Origin: Squalus acanthias
Lineage: Eukaryota
Direction: 5' to 3'
DNA: 64,000 bases
Assembly: GCA_030390025.1 (NCBI GenBank)
Contig: JASTWF010000363.1
Span: 372,001-436,000, forward strand
Shown: piece by piece, positions 51,725-63,642 of the stretch
How the letters are laid out: each line of letters starts with the position of its first letter
How positions within the stretch are numbered: position 1 is the stretch's first letter
Program-made: the position numbers and the translations under genes
Notes under the pieces: generated by a model
Seen by the model: only the letters and a program-made list of their open reading frames with translations
Databases searched by the model: none
Told to the model about the DNA's origin: nothing

Positions 51725-54700
51725 CAACAACAACTTGCATTTATATAGCACCTTAAACATAGAAAAACATTGCAAGGCTCGTCACAAAGGTGTAATCAGA
51801 CAAAAGTGCACGCAGAGACAAAGAAGGAGATATTAGGAGGTGACCAAAAGCTTGGTCAAAGAGGTGGGTTTTAAGGAGGGCCTCAAAGGAGGAGAGGGGG
51901 ATGGAGAAGCAGAGGGGTTTAGGGAGGGAATTCTAGAGGATGAGGCCTAGATGGCTGAAGGCAGTTGGCAATGCTGGGGCAAAGTCGGGCTGGGGGATCT
52001 ACAGTAGGCCACAGTCAGGGAATGGAGAGTTGGGGAGGCAGTGGTTGGACTAGAGGAGGGAACAGTTAGGAAGGGGCGAGGTCAAGAGGATGTTTAAACA
52101 CAAGGATGAGTAGTTAAATTTAACATGTAGGGGCTCAGGGTGATGAGTGAGCGGGACTTGGTGTGGCAAAGGATTTGGCAGCAGAGTATTAGATGAACTA
52201 AAGTTTATGGAGGATAGGAGACCGGCCAGGAGATCATTGGAATAGTCAAGTCTGGAAATGACAAAGGCATGGATGAGGGTTTAGGTAGATGAGTTGAGGC
52301 AGGGGCAGGCAACATTATGGAGGTGGAAGTAGGAGGTCTTTGTGATGGAAAGGGTTGAATAGGATGCCAAGACTGCCAAAGTATGGTTCAAACTGAAACA
52401 ATAACTGGAGGGGGAGGAGGATGGAATCAGTGAGGGTATGGAGTTTGTGGCAGGGCCAAAGACGATTGCTTCAGTCTTAATGTTTAACAAGAGGAAATTG
52501 CGGCTCATCGAAAACTGGATATGTTGGACAAGCAGTCTGACAACAGAGGCAGTGGATGGTAGAGTTGGGGGTCATCAACATACATGTGGGAGCTGACCCC
52601 AAATCTATGTACGATGTTGTCAAGGAGCAGCATGTAGTTGAGGAAGAGTAGGGGGCCAAAGATAGATTCTTGGGAGACTCCAGAGGTAATGGTGTAGGGG
52701 CAGGAAGAGAAACCATTGCTGGAGATGCACTGGTTTTGATCGGATCGGTAAGAATAGAACCAAGGGAGGGCAATCTCACTGAACTGGACAACAGACAAAA
52801 GGTGTATGTGGAGGATGGTGTGGTTGACCATGTCAAAGTCTGCAGAGAGGTCAAAGAGGGATAATGTACCATGGTCAGTCACAGAGGAGGTAATTTGTGA
52901 CATTGGTTTTAGTGCTGTGGCAGGGGCAGAAACTAATCGGAGAGATTCAAACATGGAGTTTAAAAAAAAAATTTGTTTATGGGATGTGGGCATCGCTGGC
53001 AAGGCCAGCATTTATTGCCCATTCCCAATTGCCCTCGAGAAGGTGGTGGTGAGCCACCTTCTTGAACCGCTGCAGTCCGTGTGGCGAAGGTTCTCCCACA
53101 GTGCTGTTAGGTAGGGAGTTCCAGGATTTTGACCCAGTGACAATGAAGGATCGGCGATATACTTCTAAGTCAGGATGGTGAGAGACTTGGAAGGGAACTT
53201 GGAGGTGGTGGTGTTCCCATGCGCCTGCTGCCCTTGTCCTTCTAGGTGGAAGAGGTCGCAGGTTTGGGAGGTGCTGCTGAAGAAGCCTTGGCGAGTTGCT
53301 GCAGTGCATCTTGTAGATGGTACACACTGCAGCCACGGTACACCGGTGGTGGAGGGAGTGAATGTTTAAGGTGGTGGATGGGGTGCCAATCATGTGAACT
53401 GCTTTGTCCTGGATGGTGTCGAGCTTCTGGAGTGTTGATTGGAGCTGCACTCATCCAGGCAAGTGGAGAGTATTCCATCACACTCCTTACTTGTGCCTTG
53501 TAGATGGTGGAAAGGCTTTGGGGAGTCAGGTGGTGAGACAGTTGCCGCAGAATACAGAGCCTCTGACCTGCTCTTGTTGCCACAGTATTTATGTGGCTGG
53601 TCCAGTTACGTTTCTGGTCAATGGTGACCCCCAGGATGTTGATGGTTGGGGATTCGGCGAAGGTAATGCCGTTGAATGTCAAGGGGAGGTGGTTAGACTC
53701 TCGCTTGTTGGAGATAGTCATTGCCTGGCACTTCTGTGGCGCCAATGTTACCTGCCACTTATCAGCCCAAGCCTGAACGTCATCCAGGTCTTGTTGCATG
53801 CGGGCATGGACTGCTTCATTATCTGAGGAGTTGTGAATGGCGCTGAACACTCTGCAGTCATCAGCGAACATCCCCATTTCTGACCTTATGTTGGAGGGAA
53901 GGTCATTGATGAAGCAGCTGAAGATGGTTGGGCCTAGGACACTGCCCTGAGGAACTCCTGCAGCGATGTCTTGGGGCTGTGATGATTGACCTTCAACCAC
54001 CACAACCATCTTCCTTTGTGCTAGGTATGACTCCATCCAGTGGAGCGTTCCCCCCCCACCCCGCCCCGATTCCCATTAACTTCAGTTTTACTAGGGCTCC
54101 TTGATGCCACACTCGATTAAATGCTGCCTTGATGTCAAGGGCAGTCACTCTCACCTCACCAATTCAGCTCCTCTGTCCATGTTTGGACCAAGGCTGTAAT
54201 GAGGTCTGGAGCCCAAGTGGTCTTGGCGGAACCTAAACTGGGCATCAGTGAGCAGGTTTTTGGTAAGTGCCGCTTGATAGCAGTGTCTGACACCTTCCAT
54301 CACTTTGCTGATGATTGGGAGAAGACTGATGGGGCGGTAATTGGCCGGGTTGGATTTGTCCTGCTTTTTGTGGACAGGACATACCTGGGCAGTTTTCCAC
54401 ATTGTCGGATAGATGCCAGTGTTGTAGCTGTACTGGAACAGCTTGGCTAGAGGCGCGGCTAGTTCTGGAGCACAAGTCTTCAGCACGATAGTCGGGATGT
54501 TGTCATGGCCCATAGCCTTTGCTGTATACAGTGCACTCAGCCGTTTCTTGATATCACGTGGAGTGAATTGAATTGGCTGAAGACTGGCTTCTGTGATGGT
54601 GGGAACTTCAAGGGTAGGCCGATATGGATCATCCACTCGGCACTTCTGGCTGAAGATGGTTGCAAACGCTTCAGCCTTGTCTTTTGCACTCACGTGCTGG

Positions 54701-55950
54701 GCTCCACCATCATTGAGGATGGGGATATTCATGGAGCCTCCTCCTCCCGTTAGTTATTTAATGGTCCACCACCATTCACAACTGGATGTGGCAGGACTGC
54801 AGAGCTTTGATCTGATCCATTGATTGTGGGATCACTTAGCCCTGTCTATAGAATGCTGCTTCCGCTTTTTAGCATGCATGTAGTCCTGTGTTGCAGCTTC
54901 CCCAGGTTGGCACCTCATTTTTAGGTACACCTGGTGCTGCTCCTGGCATGCTCTTCTACACTCCTTTTTGAACCAGGGTTGGTCCCCTGGCTTGGTGGTA
55001 ATGGTAGAGTGAGGGATATGCCAGGCCATGAGGTTACAGATTGTGGTGGAATACAATTCTGCTGCTGCTGATGGCCCACAGCGCCTCATGGATGCCCAGT
55101 TTTGAGCTGCTAGATCTGTTCAGAATCTATCCCATTTAGCACGGTGGTACTGCCTCACAACACGATGGAGGGTGTCCTCAGTGTGAAGACGGGACTTCGT
55201 CTCCACAATGACTGTGCGGTGGTCACTGCTACCAATACGGTCATGGACAGATGCATCTGTGACATGTAGATTGGTGAGGACGAGGTCAAGTAAGTTTTTC
55301 CCTCATGTTGATTCTCTCACCACCTGTCACAGGCCCAGACTGGCAGTTATGTCCTTCAGGACTTGGCCAGCTCGGTCAGTAGTGGTGCTACCGAGCCACT
55401 CTTGGTGATGGACATTGAAGTCCCCCACCCAGAGTACATTCGAGTTGCAGGAAAGATGGGCGCGGGGGTGGGGGGGGGGGATTGGGAGGTGTCGGCAATT
55501 TTGAAAGTGAAAGGACAGTATCCAAGGAGAGGGAACCATTTACAACGTCAGCTAGCATGGAGGACAGAGAGTGAAGTTGACTGGTCAGCAGCTTTTTTGG
55601 AATGGGGTCAGAGCAGAACATGTAGAGGGCATAGGGGAGATAGAAGAGAAAATAGCGAGAGGTTTGGCTTGGCGGGCAAGAGGAAGGGGGTGGGAAGCAG
55701 CAGAGGCAACTGAACGGATGGTCTCAATTTTAGTGCTAAAGACGACCATGAGCTCCTTGCACTTGTTGGAGGTGTGGATGGAGGAGGCCAGGGAAGGGGT
55801 GGTAGTGCAGAAAACAAACCAGGGGTTATCTCTGCTCTCCAGGATGATTCTGGAGTTGTGCGGTTTTGGCAGAGGACAGTGTGACTCGATCGCGCTTGAA
55901 ATGGTCCAGCCAGATCTGGCGATGGATGGTAAAACCAGTTGTGTGCCAGA
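51725..55950 (-). mobile_element. Old L2 LINE (51725-52960 and 55442-55950) split by a LINE-B insertion
   Basis: FDLSADFDMVNH, GVSQESIFGP, HMYVDDPQL; reading HLSCNSMFESL is restored across the insertion. Confidence 0.8.
52961..55441 (-). mobile_element. LINE family B copy inserted in L2
   Basis: GVPQGSVLGP, MFADD, NYRPISLL; 5-bp TSD gagtt at 52956-52960 and 55442-55446. Confidence 0.92.
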
Positions 55951-56821
55951 TATGCTCAAGTCTGCACCCAGTTTCAACCCAGTTTTTAGTGGCCATGAAT
56001 TACCACGTACTAAATTGTTAATCTCACACACTCAGGATGGTTTGCGAGGGAAATGGAAATATACACTGGTGCGGTTTGGGGCGCTCTTTTGAAACTGAAG
56101 TTAAGGCACACTTATCTCAAAGGGTCCTGAAGATGAGTTCTGTTTTGTTTAAGACACACTCTTGGGCAGGAGGAAGGGATCTTTACTCTGCATCTAACAG
56201 ATTCTCTATCTGATAATGGTGTGCCAAAACAAGATCAAAAGAATAAATATGAAAAAAGATATGAGGGGAGATAGAAGAGAAACTTGCCACCTGGGCTTCG
56301 CACTGGAGATGTGAATTGACCACATTGATTTGAATGGAAATGAAAATCTACAACAGGAGGCTGATCTGCAATGCCAATTTTACGCCCGGACGGCAGATTG
56401 AAAATCTACCCCATCGTCACCATCCAGTGTAGGACCATTATGCAACCATGCCGCAGGCTTCAATAGATTGCTCTGCAACCAATGATATAAATGTTTCCTG
56501 AGCTAATGATTTATTGTAAAACAATCCACCTCTGCTCCTGGACTGTGCAATTTACTAGCCCTTTGGGCTCATAGGTTTCAAGGTCCATTGTATTATCCAA
56601 GTGAATAATTGATCCTGAACTTTTCTTCCTGCAATTTCACAGCATCATTCATAGCTTTGGAGTATGCTTCCTGTGAGTCACTGCTGGAACTGGCCAGATG
56701 GTGGGGTGGGGAAAAGAGAGGCTGTGCAAAGATTACAGCAGCAATGTACTTTTGCTTTAAAAAAAAAAATCCGGTTGGTTCTCTAGCAGATTTCTTATCC
56801 TCCCCCCCCACCCCACCTTAC

Positions 56822-56888
56822 CTGGCCAGGAGATACTTTTACGAATCCTTGTGCAGTCGTTGTTACAGTCAACAAAAAATGGCTGAAT
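56822..56888 (-). CDS. IL17RA: IL17RA exon, end of FnIII domain 2 (IQPFFVDCNNDCTRIRKSISWP)
   Basis: ttatttcag acceptor, gtaagg donor; matches the IL17RA IQPFFxxCxNDC motif; phase 0-1. Confidence 0.92.
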
Positions 56889-57154
56889 CTGAAATAAGAC
56901 AAAACTGTTAGAGAGGTTTCAGCAATTTACCAGTAATTTTCAAAAGGATGTTAAGGGGGTTGTAGCATTAGGGCTTCTGGAGAGTAAGGGATTCTATAAA
57001 ATTTATTTGAAAAACTACTTTGTGATCTGATTTCTACTTGATGTTATTGTTAAGATCTCAGGAATCAAGCTGCTCAAGAAAGCAAGTTCAGTATTCCCAT
57101 GTCACACACATTCTCTGTCTGAGAGTGTGCTGACACAACCTGCTCCTAAGTGCT

Positions 57155-58930
57155 TTGTGAAGGAGCAAAGGGATTTGGGTATCCATGTACACAAATCATT
57201 GAAAACTAGTGCCCAGGTACAAAAACAATCACAAAAATAATGGAATGTTGGCCTTTATCTCAAGGGGGATTCATAGAAACTTACAGCACAGAAGGAGGCC
57301 ATTTGGCCCATCTTGCCTGTGCTGGCTCTTTGAAAGAGCAGTCTCCCTCCCCCCACCACTTTTTGTCGGTAACCCTGTAAGTTCCTCATCCTCAAGTACT
57401 GTCCAACTCCCTTTTAAAATTATTTATGGAATCAGCTTCCACCACCTTTTCAGGTAGAGCGTTCCAGATCCCGACAATTCTCAGTGAAAGAATTTCTCCT
57501 CATCTCCCCTCTAGGACCTTTTGCCAATGATTTTGAATCTATGACCGCTATAAGGAACTCGCCAAAGGGAATAGTTTTTCTCTATCATCTCTATCAAAAC
57601 CTCTCATCGTCTTGAAAACCTCTATTAGGTCACCTCTTAACCTTCTCTGTTCCAAGGAGAGCAGTCCTAACTTTTTCAACCTCTCCTCATAACTTAAGTC
57701 CATCATCCCTGATAACATCCTGGTAAACCTCCTCTGTACCCTTTCTGAGGCCTTTATACCTTTCCTGAAGTGTGGTGCCCAGAATTGTCCACAGTACTCC
57801 AGCTGAGGCCTAACCAGTGATTTATAAAGATCTAGTGTGATCTCTTTCCTTTTATATTCTATTCCTCTAATTATAAACCCAAGTGACCCATGTGCTTTTT
57901 AAATCACTTTATCAACTTGCCCTGCCACCTTTAATGATGCGTGTACATGAACACCAAGGTCTCTCTGCTCATCTACACTTTTCAAAATCATGCCACTTAC
58001 AGTATACTGTCTTTCCATATTAGTCCTGCCAAAGTGCATCACTTCACACTTCTCCGCATTGAACTCCACCTGCTATGCTTCTGCCCATTTCACCATCCTG
58101 TCTATCAATGTTCCCAGTTATGTGCGGCCTGTTTCTTTTACTGCGTAGTCTCTTTAGATTTCTGCACATGCACGGTACTACAGTGGAAAAGCCGGTGAGC
58201 GGCCTGCACGGGACCTTTCCCATTGCTGTGTGACCTCGCAGCTTAGAGGGAACATTGCTGTCTATGTCATCCTGAAGCCTTTACCTATCCTCATCACTAT
58301 CTACTACTTTGCCAATTGTTGGAATTCAAAAGTGAGGAAGTGGTGCTTCAGTTTGTCAGATCCCATCTGACTGCATTCAGTTTTGGGCACTGCAGATGGA
58401 AAAGGTTTTAAAAAATGTACTTTAATTTTTTCTTACAAATCTCCAACACTACTTAAATTCTGAAGGAATGAGACTCCACACTTGTAAAATTAAATTTTCA
58501 GTGCCAGAGGCTGGTTTGGCAGTAATTATGACCAAACACGTCGTTAAAAATTCACTTACACCCGAATGCACCAGCCGTAACTTTTTCTGTCATGTTTAGT
58601 GGGTAACTAGCGGGTAGCTTGGACCGCAATTTCTGGATTTCCGCGTTTAACTGTGCATGTGTGGACTCCAGTAGTTACTGTCTGATTTACGCCATAATAA
58701 CGGTGAGCACTGTTAGCCTCACCTTTATTCTCAACGCAAAATCCAGGCCATTGATCTTGGAGGGGGTACAGTGCTGATTCACCAGAATGGTACCAGAGCT
58801 CAAAAGGTTAAATTATGAGGACAGGCTACATAAAGATGGCTTTTTAGATGGTTGCGGGGTGATCTAATCAAGGTCTTTAAAATGATAGAGGGATTTTAAG
58901 GGTAGCTACAGAGAAACTATTTTATCTCAG
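57155..58930. mobile_element. Nested cluster: plus-strand CR1 host interrupted by a minus-strand CR1 (about 57270-58318) and a GGCC-ended element fragment (about 58400-58750)
   Basis: Host CR1 sequence resumes at about 58321 and 58752; inner CR1 has a 3'UTR tail at 57270. Confidence 0.75.
58106..58257. mobile_element. 152-bp hAT-type MITE inserted in CR1
   Basis: TIR caatgttccc/gggaacattg; 8-bp TSD ctgtctat at 58098-58105 and 58258-58265. Confidence 0.88.
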
Positions 58931-59278
58931 GAACATTATACCAAATAAAGTGTGGGGGTTTGTCCCCTTAAGGCTAAAAGTCTAAGTGCTGTCACCAAAA
59001 ACTGGGTTAACAGAGGTCAGTTAAGAGGCTACAGATATCCTGACTCTCGTATTTTGTGTTCTTGGAGAGTTGCTTTGATTATTTATACTCTTTTTTGAAG
59101 TAAGAGAAAAAGTTGAGTATGACATTTGGGCCTTGAAATTTGGGCCCTCACCTGAAACTGGCATTAGCCCCTTTGTATATGCAAATAAGGGGCCTAATGC
59201 CAGTATTAGGACATCTTCCCGCAATTGGGCTGCCCTGAACGCAGCCGGTGCTGGGCCAGCTGCATTCAAGATAATCAA

Positions 59279-60133
59279 ATCTCTTCTTCGGCAGTCCCTC
59301 GGAACTGAAGATGACTTGCTTCCACACTGAAAATGAGTTCTCAGGTGACTGATAGTCCAATGCGGGACCTACAGTCTCTGTCACAGGTGGGGCAGATGTT
59401 GGTTGAAGGGGCAGGTGGATGGGGTGCTTGGGTTGACGTACGCTCCTTCCGCTGTTTGTGCTTGCTCCGGGCGAAGGGACTCGAGGTCTTCGGCGCCTTC
59501 CCGGATGCTTCTCCTCCACTTTGTGCGGTCTTGGGCCAGGGATTCCCAGGTGTCGGTGGGAATGTTGCATTTTTTCCAAGGAGGTTTTGAGGGTGTCCTT
59601 GAAGCATTTCCTCTGTCCACCTGGGGCTCTCTTGCCGTGTCGGAGCTCCGAGTAGAGCGCTTGTTTTGGGAGACTTGTATCGGGCATGCAGATGATGTGG
59701 CCCGTCCATTGGAGCTGATCGAGCGTGGTCAAAGCTTCGATGCTGGGGATGTTGGCCTGAGCGAGAACACGGACGTTGGTGCGCCTATCCTGCCAATGGA
59801 TTTGCAGGATCTTGCGGAGGCAGTGTTGGTGGTACCTCTCCAGTGCTTTGAGGTGCCTGCTGTACATGGTCCATGTCTCTGAAGCATACAGGAGGGCGGG
59901 TATCACTACTGCTCTGTAGACCATGAGCTTGGTGCTGGGTTTGAGGTCCTGGTCTTCAAACACTCTCTTCCTCAGGCGACCGAAGGCTGCACTGGCACAC
60001 TGAAGGCAGTGTTGGACTTCGTCATCGACGTCTGCCCTTGTTGACAGTAGGCGCCCGAGGTATGGAAAGTGGTCCATGTTGTCCAAGGCCTCGTCATGGA
60101 TTTTGATAAATCGGGAAGCAGCTCTGTGTGGTG
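59279..60133 (-). mobile_element. RTE-clade LINE 3' fragment
   Basis: FPYLG, ASAAFGRLRKRVF, TKLMVYRAVVIPALLYASETWT, LRKILQIHWQD; flanked by a 32-bp direct repeat. Confidence 0.9.
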
Positions 60134-61473
60134 GGTGCTGGGCCAGCTGCATTCAAGATAATCAAGTCTACATGTGGCCTAACCAGCGGTCCTCAAAGGG
60201 ACCGCTAGAAGCTGGCCCCTGAAAAGGTAGGAGTGCTCCTCCCAGCTCCACAGCAGTCCCGAAGACCATTGCCGACCTCTGCCCAATTGTCTCCCCACAC
60301 CTCCCCGCCACCACCCCCATGCAGGAGCAATTTAAGAGTTTGTTGCCGGCGATGCAGCAGTCCAAAATTTTAATCTGCATTGCTGGCGAACTGCCTGTGG
60401 CTGCGCATTGGGCGGCCACAGCTCGCCGGTATAATTTAAATAGAGACCAAATATAGAGTATCTGTTCCGGTGCAGGGATTGTTCCCTGCGCCCAGTTCGC
60501 GCGGGGCTATCCAATATCACCCCTTTGAAGAGTGACAGGCAGCAAATGCATGTTAGATGTACCGTTTGTAGAATATTATAAAATAAAAGATAGTTTTTAC
60601 AGGATGATGTTGCATGTTGGAAAATGACATCTGAAAAGTTTTGTATGCATTATTAGGTCTCTAAATCCTGAAAATAAACCCTGCAGACAAGAGTGCATAC
60701 TTGAGGATAACTTATTCTAGATATGTTGCTACAGTTATTGCATCTGAAGAGCATCATGGTCTATTATGGATCAGTGCAATTAAGAGTCACACTGAAGGAA
60801 TCATCTTAGCAGCGGGGATGTACTGCAGAGGGGCCAGGTCCTTGATTATACATGACCATAGACTGGCAGTGATTAATTTAGTTCCTCCCTTCCCCTCCTT
60901 GGGACGTGCTGGGCTGTCATTCAGAGTGACATGACTCACATTGGGATTGAACTCTTCATTTCACAGTGCTGTTTGCTGGTGCTCCAACACATTTTGCTGG
61001 TATGCTGTTCATTATCTAGAACTTCATACTCTCCTCAATGAACTGTGGCACTTTGGATGCATTGTTCATCCCAGAGGGCATCAGGTAACATGCAAGAATT
61101 TGTTAGGGTGCATTTTGACATCATCACTGTATCAAATGCATCTGCCACTGAGCCTGCAATTATTAACACAATTTTCTAACATTTTAAATATTTCCTTTTT
61201 GAACAATAAAGAGAAAACCTGAACCCATGAACCACCATGTCACTCGTGGGCTAGGTGATCAGATTCAAGCACTGTCCCCTTACTAACAATTCCATTTCAA
61301 ATTGACAGAACAACTCACTAGAGAGTTTATCAGATCTAAGGCACATTTTATGCTGGCAAAACAATGTCTGGACCCCAGTATCTCATGACAGTGGCAAAAT
61401 TATGGAATTTAATCCATAGATTCCGGAGATTAAGCAACACATATTCAACTTAAAAATCTTTGAAATTTCTTAC

Positions 61474-61548
61474 CTCAACATTATAAGCAGTGCAGCTTTG
61501 CATCCAGTTTTCAGTTGAAAACGTTACATTAACTCTTTGTTCAGATTC
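61474..61548 (-). CDS. IL17RA: IL17RA exon (ESEQRVNVTFSTENWMQSCTAYNVE)
   Basis: T-rich tract ending gaag acceptor, gtaaga donor; QRxNVT motif; phase 0-0. Confidence 0.85.
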
Positions 61549-61774
61549 CTTCAAAAAAAAAGTTACAATAAGATCCTTCACTCTTTCTAAGTTCCATGTA
61601 CTTTCCGAGAAATGCTGCCTCCTCTCGACCTTCCATTGTGTTCTCTGGAGGGAGGGTATAATGCTCCAGTCACAAACACAGCGTCCCCCCACACACCAAA
61701 AGTAATCAGAGTTAATCCATGGTTAACTCAGGAAGTTGCTTAAAGAGAAATGTCTTCATGAGAAGCAAATCTTA

Positions 61775-61850
61775 CAGATCAGCCATGATCTCATCGAGTG
61801 GCGGAACAGGCTCGAGGGGCTGAATGGCCTACTCCTGTTCCTGTGTTCCT
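61775..61850 (+). mobile_element. Extremely 5'-truncated CR1 (3'UTR module only)
   Basis: gatcagccatgatctc..ggaacaggctcgaggggctgaatggcctactcctgttcc. Confidence 0.8.
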
Positions 61851-61912
61851 GATGTGTGGAAGTAAACGTTATGTCAAAACACATCAGATATCATGTACAT
61901 GATGTCACCATG

Positions 61913-62067
61913 TAATGTTCCCCCCAAGGTGTGTGGCCACTCATCAATCAAGAGATCCCATGCAGGCCGCTCACCAGCTGCTGCCACTGGAAAAGATACC
62001 ACGCATGCGCATCCGCGCAGCAAATTTAAAGGGACCATGCACCAAAAAAAAATTAGAGGGAACATGA
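61913..62067. mobile_element. Older copy of the roughly 153-bp hAT-type MITE
   Basis: taatgttccc ... ttagagggaacatga; TSD degenerate. Confidence 0.65.
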
Positions 62068-62580
62068 CGACCTTGGCTCCTCGACCTCAAATGCAAAAAG
62101 GCTCAAAATATTTTTTCATTGAGACAGTTCCCTATAAAAGGAAGCAAAAAGGGATTTGCAGTTGGCCATAATTTTCTTCCAGGTGGCTGGAACTGGTTAA
62201 AAAAAGTCAAAAGGAATTCCATAATAGGAATATCAGTGGAGCCTAGAATTCAAAGTTGTGAATCTAAAATGGGAGTGCAGTGTTTCTATGCGAGTGTTCT
62301 TTCATCTGTGACAAACCTGGAATTTTTTATACTATACTTGTGCTGAACCCTACAAAATAAAGATAAAACACTGTAAATTTGATCAGACCTACATATTTAC
62401 CATGGAGTTAGAGGTAGTTTTATTCCACGATCATTTTATTTTGTGCTGGCAGCAGTTTGACAGGCAGGGTATTCCGTGGAGCTGAAACTGAATGACCCCA
62501 CTGAAGAATCAACTATTGTGATGATTATCAAACAAAACCTATTGTAAAACTTATCAAATGAAGATCAGTAATACTCAGAC

Positions 62581-62748
62581 AAAAAGAAAATACTGCAGAT
62601 GCTGGAAATCTGAAATAAAAACAGAAAATGCTGGAGCTACTCAGCAGGTCAGGCAGCATCTGTGAAGAGAGATCTCCATGAGCATCTGTTTCTCTCTTCA
62701 CAGATGCTGCCTGACCTGCTGAGTATCTCCAGCATTTTCTGTTTTTAT
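62581..62748. mobile_element. Fold-back PLE family 1 insertion truncated before the hammerhead
   Basis: Inverted arms from 62615 and to 62748; 17-bp TSD atcagtaatactcagac at 62564-62580 and 62749-62765. Confidence 0.88.
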
Positions 62749-62789
62749 ATCAGTAATACTCAGACTGTAGAAAAAAATGATCACTTCTT

Positions 62790-63180
62790 TAGAACATAAG
62801 AACATAAGACGTAGGAGCAGGAGTAGGTCATTTGGCCCCTCAAGCCTGCTCCGCCATTCAATAAGATCATGGCTGATCTGATCTAGGCCTCAACTCCACT
62901 TCCCTGCCCGCTTCCCATAACCCTTGACTCCCTTACCTTTCAAAAATCTGTCTATCTCCACCTTAAATATATTCAATAACCAAGCCTTCATAGCTCTCTG
63001 GGGAAGAGAATTCCAAAGATTCATGATCCTCAGAGAAGAAATTCCCCCTCATTTCCGATTTAAATGGGTGCCCCCTTATTCTGAAATTATGCCCCCTAGT
63101 TCTAGATTCCCCCACGAGGGGAAACATCCTCTCTGCATCTACCCTGTCAAGCCCCTTCAGAATCTTATGTTTCAATAAGA
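62790..63180 (-). mobile_element. CR1 3' fragment with a single 3'UTR module
   Basis: KILKGLDRVDAERMFPLVGESRTRGH; cttatgtt-type tail. Confidence 0.9.
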
Positions 63181-63219
63181 CCTTTGCTACAATTAAATAA
63201 ATAAATCATTTGCAAAGAA

Positions 63220-63375
63220 AAAACGCTGGAAATACACAGCACCTGAAAGGAGAAAAGACAGGCCAATGTTGTGATGAAGGGTCTCTATCTGAAGCACTAA
63301 CCTGTCTTTTACCTTTTCAGAGTGACTGAGTAGCTGTGGATATCCAGCGTCTCACTCCATTTCAGAATTCCAGCT
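63220..63375. mobile_element. Old degenerate fold-back PLE remnant
   Basis: Imperfect arms ctgaaaggagaaaagacagg/cctgtcttttaccttttcag around decayed core gtgatgaagggtc..tctgaagc. Confidence 0.5.
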
Positions 63376-63484
63376 CCATTTCAGAATATCATCTGAAGAT
63401 TTTCTTTTTTTTTTTTATAAACAAATCTTCTGATTGTGTTGAAGTAAATACAAAAGCCACATAACACTCAGCACAAGATTTTAC

Positions 63485-63642
63485 CTTCAAGATACTTTGA
63501 TTAGCAGTGTTGCAGAGCTTCCCATTTGAACCATCACTGTGCAAAAAGACACGGTATTTGTGGGAATACTTTCCAGTCTGGAAGAAGATGGTTATCCTCA
63601 TCTCACTTCCGATGTATGTGATATTAGGGTTCCACACACTGC
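63485..63642 (-). CDS. IL17RA: IL17RA exon, start of FnIII domain 2 (GSVWNPNIT...ILK); upstream exons lie beyond the window
   Basis: caacag acceptor, gtaaaa donor; matches human GSLWDPNIT; phase 1-0. Confidence 0.9.
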
